Assembly (NCBI RefSeq): GCF_000007145.1
Contig: NC_003902.1
Location: 3,566,497 to 3,598,496, forward strand
DNA length: 32,000 nucleotides
Direction: 5' to 3'
DNA from: Xanthomonas campestris pv. campestris str. ATCC 33913
Lineage (GTDB): Bacteria > Pseudomonadota > Gammaproteobacteria > Xanthomonadales > Xanthomonadaceae
Shown here one piece after another: positions 25,352 through 32,000 of the stretch; the stretch's first letter is position 1; every line of letters starts with the position of its first letter. The notes below the pieces were generated by a model. It did not search any database, was not told the DNA's origin, and saw nothing but the letters and a program-made list of their open reading frames with translations. Position numbers and translations under genes: made by a program.

Positions 25352-25451
25352 GGCGCTGCCTCCTTGAGAGAGCCCGCAGTATCGGGGCCGGCGCGCTGGC
25401 CGACCACCGCAATGTTTCGATCCCTGGCATGAATTGAACTAATCTCCTGGC
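25352..25451. promoter_or_regulatory. Divergent bla/ampR control region (expected LysR-type operator and two promoters)
   Basis: This is the 100-bp gap between divergent start codons. It contains a direct 9-mer repeat CCTGGCATG at 25423-25431 and 25446-25454, the second including the ampR ATG. It also contains weak dyads ATG-N13-CAT and TTC-N12-GAA around 25412-25435. No operator can be assigned confidently by eye. Confidence 0.4.
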
Positions 25452-26327
25452 ATGCCCAGACCGCGTCTCCCGCTCAATGCCCTGCGCGCGTTCGAGGCCG
25501 CCGCACGCCATCAGAACCTGACCCGCGCGGCCGGCGAGCTGTGCGTCAGCCAGGCCGCGCTCAGCCACCAGATCAAGGCATTGGAGCAACAGCTGGGCAC
25601 CAGCCTGTTCCACCGCCTGCCGCGCGGGGTCGCGCTCACCGACGAGGGCGCCGCGCTGGCGCCGGTGCTGGGCGACGCATTCGACCGCATTGCCGCCACG
25701 CTGGAGCGCTTTGCCGGCGGCCGCTATCGCGAAGTGCTCAGCTTGGGCGTGGTGGCCACGTTTGCCACCGGCTGGTTGCTGCCGCGCGTGGCCGCCTTCC
25801 ACGCGGCACATCCGGACATCGAACTGCGCCTGTCGACCCACAACAATCGGGTGGATCTGGCCGGCGAAGGGCTGGATCTGGCAATCCGCTTCGGCGACGG
25901 CGACTGGCAGGGGCAGATTGCGCATGCCGTGATGGAGGCACCGTTTGCGCCGGTATGCGCCCCGGCGATGGCGCGTGCCTTGCACACGCCTGCCGATCTG
26001 GCCCACGTGCCGTTGCTGCGTTCGTACCGGCCGGACGAATGGGCACAGTGGTTTCGTGCTGCCGGCACCTCGGAGGTGCCTGCGCGTGGCGCGATGTTCG
26101 ATTCGTCGCTGGCACTGGCCAGTGCGGCCGCGGCTGGCGCTGGTGTGGCGTTGTTGCCGCTGCGCTTGTTTGCCCAGGACCTGGGCGCGGGGCGATTGGC
26201 CTGCCCATTCCCGATCGAGATCGATGCGGGGCGCTACTGGTTGACCCGGTTGCGCTCGCGCCCGGAAAGCGACGCCGAAGCCCGGCTGCGCGCCTGGCTG
26301 CTGGCCGAACAGCAGCGCGCCGATTGA
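25452..26327 (+). CDS. ampR: LysR-family transcriptional regulator, AmpR/GcvA-type
   Basis: The 291-aa ORF has an N-terminal wHTH (LPLNALRAFEAAARHQNLTRAAGELCVSQAALSHQIKALEQQLGTSLFHRLPRGVALTDEG) typical of the AmpR/GcvA subfamily. It is divergent from a class A beta-lactamase gene, which is the classical ampR-bla arrangement. Confidence 0.85.
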   Translation: MPRPRLPLNALRAFEAAARHQNLTRAAGELCVSQAALSHQIKALEQQLGTSLFHRLPRGVALTDEGAALAPVLGDAFDRIAATLERFAGGRYREVLSLGVVATFATGWLLPRVAAFHAAHPDIELRLSTHNNRVDLAGEGLDLAIRFGDGDWQGQIAHAVMEAPFAPVCAPAMARALHTPADLAHVPLLRSYRPDEWAQWFRAAGTSEVPARGAMFDSSLALASAAAAGAGVALLPLRLFAQDLGAGRLACPFPIEIDAGRYWLTRLRSRPESDAEARLRAWLLAEQQRAD

Positions 26328-26349
26328 GCAGCGTCGCCGCGTGCCACGT

Positions 26350-26901
26350 TCAACGGCGCGCGGACGCCTTCCCCACCTGCAACGCAAAGTGGCGAAACGC
26401 TTCGTACTGCGCCCTGTCGGCGAACCAGTGCGGAGCGAACAGCTCGAATAACCGGTCGTTGTGATACAGCAACAGCACGCGCTCGTTTTCGCGGCAGCGG
26501 ATGTAATCGGACCAGGGACGGCGCAGATGCCCGTCTGCCCAGGTGATTTCCAGCCCGGTGTCGTCCCACGCATAGGTGTAGGTGTGCCGCAGCGCGGCCT
26601 GCTGCGCATGCAGGCGCTTGATCTTTCGTGGCAAGCCCCAGACGTGCAACACCGCCAGGCCGATCAAGCCGCCGCCGCCCGCGCCGATCAGCACCGGGCC
26701 GATGATGTCGCCGGCCCCGATCAGTTGAAGCAAACCCATCCCGATCAGCAGCAGGACCACCAGCACCACGATCAACCGCTTGGCCGTATGCCGCGCATGC
26801 AGGCGCTGCGCGGCCAGATGGTCTTCCAGGCTGATGGTGGCGTTGATCATGTTCGCGACATCCGTGTAGTTGGCTCGCTGCGCATCGTAACGCCTGCGCA
26901 T
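26350..26901 (-). CDS. YcxB-like membrane protein (two TM helices plus a C-terminal YcxB-type domain)
   Basis: The 183-aa ORF has two adjacent hydrophobic helices (LIVVLVVLLLIGMGLLQLIGAG; IIGPVLIGAGGGGLIGLAVLHVW). The C-terminal domain (TYAWDDTGLEITWADGHLRRPWSDYIRCRENERVLLLYHNDRLFELFAPHWF) fits the YcxB-like pattern. Its ATG overlaps the ABC-F stop as TAATG. Confidence 0.55.
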   Translation of the reverse strand: MRRRYDAQRANYTDVANMINATISLEDHLAAQRLHARHTAKRLIVVLVVLLLIGMGLLQLIGAGDIIGPVLIGAGGGGLIGLAVLHVWGLPRKIKRLHAQQAALRHTYTYAWDDTGLEITWADGHLRRPWSDYIRCRENERVLLLYHNDRLFELFAPHWFADRAQYEAFRHFALQVGKASARR

Positions 26902-28817
26902 TACGCGCCGTCCAGCAACTCCATCCAGGCCGCTTCGGCAGCGGCCAGCTGCTGCGCGGTGGTTTCGCGCTCGCGGCCCAATACCGCCGTCTTGTCGGCA
27001 TCTGGATAGTTGGCCGGGTTGGCGAGCTGCCGGTCCAGGTCCGCCAACGCGGCTTCCAGTTCGCCCACGCGCTTTTCGGCGCTGGCCAACCTGTGCGGGT
27101 TGACTGCCTTTTTCGGCGGCAGTGGCTTGGTCGGCGGTGGCGGGGTCGGTGCCACTTCGGCCATCTTCTGCTTGGTGCCCTGCGCGGCCGGGCGGCTGCG
27201 CAACCAGGCGGCGTATTCGTCCAGGTCGCCGTCGAACGGCTCGACCACGCCATCGGCCACGCGCCAGAAACTGTCGCAGACCAGGCCGATCAGATGGCGG
27301 TCGTGCGAGACCATCACGATGGCGCCTTCAAAGTCGCTCAGCGCCTCGGCCAGCGCCTCGCGCATTTCCAGATCCAAATGGTTGGTCGGTTCGTCGAGCA
27401 GCAGCACGTTCGGCTGCTGCCAGGCGATCAGCGCCAGCGCCAGGCGCGCGCGCTCGCCCCCGGAGAAGCCATCCACCACTTCAAACGCGCGGTCGCCGGC
27501 GAAATTCCATTTACCCAGGAAATCGCGGAACGCCTGATTGGAACCGTCCGGCGACAGATCGCGGAAATGGTCCATCGGCGACTGGCCTTCATGCAGCGAT
27601 TCCACCGTGTGCTGGGCGAAGTAGCCGATGCGCAGGTCCGGGTGCGCACTGCGCTCGCCCGACAGCGGTGCAAGCTCACCCACCAGTGTTTTGACCAGCG
27701 TCGACTTACCCGCGCCATTGGGCCCCAGCAACCCGATCCGGTCGCCCGCCTCCAGCCCGAATCCAACATCGTGCAGCACGGTAATCGCATCGCTGGACCC
27801 ACGCTTTTGCGATTCCCCATCCCCGATTCCCGATTCCCGCGGCGAAGCCGCATACCCGGCATCCAGATGATTCAGCCGGATCAACGAAAACGGCAGCCGA
27901 TTGGGCTGGGCGAACTGGATGCGGAATTCGCGCTCGGCGCGCACCGCCTCGGTGCCGGCCATCTTGGCCAGGCGCTTCATGCGGCTCTGCGCCTGGGTGG
28001 CCTTGCTGGCCTGCGCCTTGAAGCGGTCGATGAAGCTCTGCAGATGCGCGCGCTCGGCCTGTTCCTTGTCGTGCGCAATCTGCTGCTGACGCAGGTGCTC
28101 GATGCGCTGGCGCTCGAAATCGGTGTAGCCGCCGACGTACAGCTTGGCGGTGCCGCCGTGCAGGTGCAGCGTGTGGGTAGCGACGTTGTCCAGGAACTCG
28201 CGGTCATGGCTGATCAGCAGCAAGGTGCCCGGGTACTTGAGCAGCCATTGCTCCAGCCACAGCACCGCGTCCATGTCCAAGTGGTTGGTCGGTTCGTCCA
28301 GCAGCAGCAGGTCGCTGGGCATCATCAGCGCGCGCGCCAGGTTCAGCCGCACCCGCCAGCCGCCGGAGAACGAGGACACCGCGCGATGGTGGGTATCGGC
28401 CGGGAAGCCCAGGCCGTGCAGCAGCTTGCCAGCGCGCGCTTCGGCGTCGTACGCGCCCAGCTCGGCCATGGTCTGGTGCGCATTGGCCACCGCTTCCCAG
28501 TCCTCGCGTGCGGTCGCCTCGGCTTCCTTCTGCAGGATGGCGGACACCTCGATGTCGCCGCCGAGCACGAACGACAGCGCCGGGTCGGGCAAGGACGGGG
28601 TTTCCTGCGAGACACTGGCGGTGCGCACCTTGCCGGGCAGGTCGACGTCGCCCTTGTCGGCTTCCAGCTCGCCCTTGACCGCGGCAAACAGGCTGGACTT
28701 GCCAGTGCCGTTGCGGCCCACCACACCGACGCGGTAGCCGGCATGCATGGTCAGGTCGACGTTGGACAGCAGCAGACGCTCGCCGCGTCGCATGGAGAAG
28801 TTGCGCAGGGAAATCAT
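26901..28817 (-). CDS. yheS: ABC-F family ATPase, YheS-like (two NBDs, no TM domain)
   Basis: The track ORF is trimmed to the ATG at 28817; MISLRNFSMRRGERLLL aligns with the YheS N-terminus as I recall it. It has two Walker A motifs (GRNGTGKSS; GPNGAGKST), two signature/Walker B pairs (FSGGWRVRLNLARAL..LLLLDEPTNHLD; FSGGERARLALALI..VLLLDEPTNHLD), an inter-domain linker (RFKAQASKATQAQSRMK) and a C-terminal coiled-coil tail. The product is 638 aa. Confidence 0.92.
   Translation of the reverse strand: MISLRNFSMRRGERLLLSNVDLTMHAGYRVGVVGRNGTGKSSLFAAVKGELEADKGDVDLPGKVRTASVSQETPSLPDPALSFVLGGDIEVSAILQKEAEATAREDWEAVANAHQTMAELGAYDAEARAGKLLHGLGFPADTHHRAVSSFSGGWRVRLNLARALMMPSDLLLLDEPTNHLDMDAVLWLEQWLLKYPGTLLLISHDREFLDNVATHTLHLHGGTAKLYVGGYTDFERQRIEHLRQQQIAHDKEQAERAHLQSFIDRFKAQASKATQAQSRMKRLAKMAGTEAVRAEREFRIQFAQPNRLPFSLIRLNHLDAGYAASPRESGIGDGESQKRGSSDAITVLHDVGFGLEAGDRIGLLGPNGAGKSTLVKTLVGELAPLSGERSAHPDLRIGYFAQHTVESLHEGQSPMDHFRDLSPDGSNQAFRDFLGKWNFAGDRAFEVVDGFSGGERARLALALIAWQQPNVLLLDEPTNHLDLEMREALAEALSDFEGAIVMVSHDRHLIGLVCDSFWRVADGVVEPFDGDLDEYAAWLRSRPAAQGTKQKMAEVAPTPPPPTKPLPPKKAVNPHRLASAEKRVGELEAALADLDRQLANPANYPDADKTAVLGRERETTAQQLAAAEAAWMELLDGA
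27811..27838. repeat. Solo array of four heptamers (GATTCCC CATCCCC GATTCCC GATTCCC) inside the ABC-F coding sequence
   Basis: Read directly. On the coding (minus) strand it reads GGGAATC GGGAATC GGGGATG GGGAATC and is translated in frame as (R)ESGIGDGES. Confidence 0.9.
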
Positions 28818-28995
28818 TGATGGACAGTCCGATAGAACGAAAAGGAATGAGCAGATGAGCAGCATTCCTGCGACGCCATTCTAGCGTTAACAAATAATTA
28901 GCGCCTTCAGGTTGGCTGCGGCAGTCTTCGCCTTGCCGCGACCCCGGCCTGCCTAGCCTTGCTGGTCCCGCCAGGGCCCTCGTTTTGGAGTTGTC

Positions 28996-31377
28996 ATGAA
29001 TACCCCGCTGTCCACGCTTGCGACCGCCATCGTCGCCGCGCTGCTTGCCTCCCCCGCCCTCGCCCAGAACGCCCCGGCGGCCACCGCCAACACCCTGGAC
29101 ACGGTCATCGTCACCGGTACCCGCGTGTCCGACCGCACCGTGGCCGAGTCGCAATCGCCTATCGACATCATCAGCGCCGAGTCGCTGCAGGCCACCGGCA
29201 CCTCCGAGCTGGCCACTGCGCTGGCGCGTGCGCTGCCCTCGCTGAACTTCCCGCGTCCGGCGCTGAGCGATGGCACCAGCGCGATCCGCCCCGCCCAGCT
29301 GCGCGGGCTCTCGCCCGACCAGGTGCTGGTGCTGGTCAATGGCAAGCGCCGCCACACCTCGTCGCTGCTCAACCTCAACGGCACCATCGGCCGCGGCGCT
29401 GCGGCAGTGGATCTGAACACCATTCCGGTAGCGGCCATCGCGCGCGTGGAAGTGCTGCGTGACGGCGCGTCGGCGCAATACGGCTCCGACGCCATCGCCG
29501 GTGTGGTCAACATCGTGCTCAAGGGCGCGGAAAAGGGCGGCAGCCTGCAAGCCGGGTTCGGCCAGTATTCGGCCGGCGACGGCAGCAACTATGAGCTGTC
29601 CGGCGACACCGGCGTGGCCTACGGCGGCGACCGCGGCTGGCTGCACGTGGCCGCCCAGCTCAACCAGCAGGACCCGACCGACCGCGCCCGCGCCTACGCC
29701 GGCGCACCCAGCGCCTCGCAGCCCGCCGTTGGCCAGAAGGCCTTCAAGATCGGCGACCCCGACGTCAACGCACAGGCGTTGTCGGCCAACACCGAATTCA
29801 ACTTCAGCGACAGCATCACCGGCTACGCATTCGCCACCGCGAGCAACCGCGACATCACCTCGTTCGCGTTCTACCGCGCGCCGGGCAGCACCGCGCAGAA
29901 CATCCTGTCGATCTATCCGCAGGGCTTCCTGCCGGAAATCCAGACCTACGCCAAGGACCGCTCGGTGGTCGCCGGCGTGCGCGGCTCCACCGCCAGCGGC
30001 TGGGACTGGGATGCCAGCTACAACTACGGCTACAACAAGATCGATTTCCACACCCGCAACACGCTCAATGTGAGCCTGGGGCCGACCTCGCCCACGTCGT
30101 TCTATGACGGCGCGCTGGAAACCACGCAGAACATCGTCAACCTCGACGTCAAGCGCGGGTTCGATTGGGGCCTGGCGTATCCGGTCACGGTGGCGTTCGG
30201 CGCCGAATACCGCAACGAGAAGTGGAACCAGTCGCCGGGCGAAGTGGGCTCCTATTTCCAGAGCGGCACGCTGGCCGGTGGCGCGCAGGGCTTCGGTGGG
30301 TTTGCACCGAGTGTGTCCGGGCAGTACTCGCGCGACAGCTACGCGCTGTATGCCGACATCGAAGCCGACTTCACCGACAAGTTCTCCGCCGGCCTGGCCG
30401 GGCGCTACGAGGACTACAGCGATTTCGGCAGCCAGGCATCGGGCAAGTTGTCGGCGCGCTATGCGTTCACCGACAAGGTCGCCTTGCGCGGTACGGTGTC
30501 GTCGGGCTTCCGCGCACCGTCGCTGGCGCAGCAGTATTTCCAGTCCACCAGCACCACCTTCCTGGCCGGCAATCCGAACCCGTTCGAGATCCGTACCTTC
30601 CCGGCCGACAGCACGGTGGCACGCGCGCTCGGCGCCGAGCCGCTGGATGCGGAGACCTCACTCTCCTACAGCCTGGGCCTGGTATTGCAGCCGACCGACG
30701 CGCTGTACGTCACCGTGGATGCGTACCAGATCGATGTAGACGACCGCATCGTGCTGTCGTCCAACCTCACCGGTACCGGCGTGCGTTCGCTGCTGGAATC
30801 GCAAGGCATCTTCGGCATCAACGGCGGCCGTTACTTCACCAATGCGGTGGACACGCGCACCCGCGGTGTCGACGTGGTGGGCAGCTACCGCTGGCAGCTC
30901 GCCGCCAGCAGCATCGACCTGACCGCCGGCTACAACTATTCAGAAACCGAAGTGCGCAGCGTGGCCGCCAACCCGGCCGCGTTGTCAGCCAACGGGTTGA
31001 GCCTGGAGCGTATCGACCGCACCGAACGTGGCCGCATCGAAGAAGGCTTCCCGCGCGACAAGTTCCTGATCAACGGCAGCTGGAATCTGGACCACTGGAC
31101 ACTGGCGTTGGGTGCCACGCGTTACGGTGAATACACCACGCGCCCGGCCGCGGCGATCAACGATCAGACCTTCGGCGCCAAGTGGGTTGTGGATGCCTCG
31201 GCCAGCTACAAGATCGACCGCTGGACGCTCACCCTGGGCGCGGACAACCTGCTGGACGAGTACCCGGACGAGAACAACTTCGCCAACTCCACCAGCGGGC
31301 AATTCCCGTACAGCAATCTGTCGCCGTTCGGTTTCAACGGTGCCTACGTGTACGGCCGCATCAACTACCGCTGGTAA
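28996..31377 (+). CDS. TonB-dependent outer-membrane receptor
   Basis: The 793-aa ORF has the signal peptide MNTPLSTLATAIVAALLASPALAQN and a TonB box/plug (LDTVIVTGTR...IDIISAE...LRGLSPDQVLVLVNGKRRH...VEVLRDGASAQYGSDAIAGVVNIVLK). The canonical C-terminus is YVYGRINYRW. Confidence 0.9.
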   Translation: MNTPLSTLATAIVAALLASPALAQNAPAATANTLDTVIVTGTRVSDRTVAESQSPIDIISAESLQATGTSELATALARALPSLNFPRPALSDGTSAIRPAQLRGLSPDQVLVLVNGKRRHTSSLLNLNGTIGRGAAAVDLNTIPVAAIARVEVLRDGASAQYGSDAIAGVVNIVLKGAEKGGSLQAGFGQYSAGDGSNYELSGDTGVAYGGDRGWLHVAAQLNQQDPTDRARAYAGAPSASQPAVGQKAFKIGDPDVNAQALSANTEFNFSDSITGYAFATASNRDITSFAFYRAPGSTAQNILSIYPQGFLPEIQTYAKDRSVVAGVRGSTASGWDWDASYNYGYNKIDFHTRNTLNVSLGPTSPTSFYDGALETTQNIVNLDVKRGFDWGLAYPVTVAFGAEYRNEKWNQSPGEVGSYFQSGTLAGGAQGFGGFAPSVSGQYSRDSYALYADIEADFTDKFSAGLAGRYEDYSDFGSQASGKLSARYAFTDKVALRGTVSSGFRAPSLAQQYFQSTSTTFLAGNPNPFEIRTFPADSTVARALGAEPLDAETSLSYSLGLVLQPTDALYVTVDAYQIDVDDRIVLSSNLTGTGVRSLLESQGIFGINGGRYFTNAVDTRTRGVDVVGSYRWQLAASSIDLTAGYNYSETEVRSVAANPAALSANGLSLERIDRTERGRIEEGFPRDKFLINGSWNLDHWTLALGATRYGEYTTRPAAAINDQTFGAKWVVDASASYKIDRWTLTLGADNLLDEYPDENNFANSTSGQFPYSNLSPFGFNGAYVYGRINYRW

Positions 31378-31400
31378 GCCTTGCCATACTGCAAGTCCAC

Positions 31401-31432
31401 ACGCCCCGGCCTGCCCGGGGCGTATGCGTTTT
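31401..31432 (+). terminator. Rho-independent terminator after the second TonB-dependent receptor
   Basis: ACGCCCCGG-cctgc-CCGGGGCGT forms a 9-bp GC-rich stem. It is followed by ATGCGTTTT (a T tract at 31429-31432) and starts 24 nt after the stop at 31377. Confidence 0.65.
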
Positions 31433-31563
31433 GGGCCGCTGGCGGCTACTCCCTGCGGCCTTGTTTGCGGCATGGCGTGGCTGCCGGAGGCCTCAACGCC
31501 GGGTGAAGGGTTTCCCGCCTCGGCAGTGCTATCACGTGCGCTCCTGTCATGTGGAGCGCTCCG

Positions 31564-31989
31564 ATGGAAACAGCACAGTTGTCGCGTGGACGCTTGATCG
31601 ATCACCTGCATCTGGTGGTGCAGGACCTGAAGGCGAGCCGGCGCTTTTACGGCGCCGTGCTCGATGTGCTCGGCGTGCCGCTGGGCGGCGAAGGCGAGGG
31701 ATTCTTCTGGGCCGACGAGCTGTTCGTGTCCGACCGCCACACCGTTGCCCAGGGCGAACTCACCGGCCGCCATCACCTGGCCTTCCAGGCACACGATGTG
31801 GCGATGGTGCACGCCTTCCATGCCGCCGCACTTGCACACGGTGGCCGTGACAACGGCGCGCCGGGCGTGCGCCCGTATCACCCGAGTTATTACGCGGCGT
31901 TTGTGCTCGACCCGGATGGCAACAACATCGAGGCGGTCTTCCATGGTCCTGCGCAACGCAGTGCGGAGGCGGTGCAAATCACCTACTGA
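31564..31989 (+). CDS. VOC (glyoxalase/bleomycin resistance/dioxygenase) family protein
   Basis: I preferred the ATG at 31564 (GGAG 7 nt upstream) over the track start at 31549. IDHLHLVVQDLKASRRFYGAVLDVLG ... HLAFQA ... YAAFVLDPDGNNIEAVF is the paired beta-alpha-beta-beta-beta VOC pattern. Confidence 0.8.
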   Translation: METAQLSRGRLIDHLHLVVQDLKASRRFYGAVLDVLGVPLGGEGEGFFWADELFVSDRHTVAQGELTGRHHLAFQAHDVAMVHAFHAAALAHGGRDNGAPGVRPYHPSYYAAFVLDPDGNNIEAVFHGPAQRSAEAVQITY

Positions 31990-32000
31990 TGCCGAAGTTT

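Noticed and set aside
28886-28902. An AT-rich island GTTAACAAATAATTAGC in the divergent yheS/TonB-dependent-receptor region, considered as a Fur or Zur box.
   Set aside because: Only partial hexamer matches to GATAAT repeats were found (4/6 and 5/6, and not contiguous), and it has no dyad symmetry. It may simply be a -10 or UP-like promoter element. It would need a matrix scan or footprint to be called.

Overview
This is a high-GC, gene-dense chromosomal segment. Gene order and repeat content look like a Xanthomonas-type gammaproteobacterium; that assignment is inferred, not searched.

- **1-11.3 kb (all minus strand):** tolR (5' end only), tolQ, ybgC, ruvB, a tandem SMI1/KNR4 (SUKH) gene, kup, ruvA, ruvC, yebC, an alpha/beta hydrolase, a GNAT acetyltransferase and aspS.
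- **11.4-13.5 kb:** a secreted three-module DUF3011-type Cys-rich protein. Convergent with it is an overlapping FmdB zinc-ribbon plus lipoprotein pair.
- **13.5-14.4 kb:** no convincing ORF.
- **14.4-18 kb:** a ycaD-like MFS transporter overlapping a fused HAD-phosphatase/GT20 enzyme. My best call for the fusion is glucosylglycerol-phosphate phosphatase/synthase (GgpPS).
- **18-23 kb:** a TonB-dependent receptor and a Tat-signal phospholipase C (PlcN-like).
- **23-26.3 kb:** a secreted esterase, and a Tat-signal class A beta-lactamase divergent from an AmpR-type LysR regulator.
- **26.3-32 kb:** a YcxB-like membrane protein overlapping a YheS-like ABC-F ATPase, a second TonB-dependent receptor and a VOC/glyoxalase protein.

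I found no rRNA, tRNA, CRISPR array, transposase or integrase.

The most unusual structure is a 28-bp module of four GGGAATC heptamers, present six times in the window. Two inverted pairs fill the yebC-ruvC and ruvC-ruvA spacers. One copy lies in frame inside the ABC-F gene and one forms the 5' end of ybgC.

Other items worth a second look are the orphan tandem-SUKH gene packed against kup between ruvA and ruvB, the DUF3011 protein, the ORF-less 0.9 kb and the ycaD-ggpPS pair. All homology calls come from motif recognition by eye; no database search was run.
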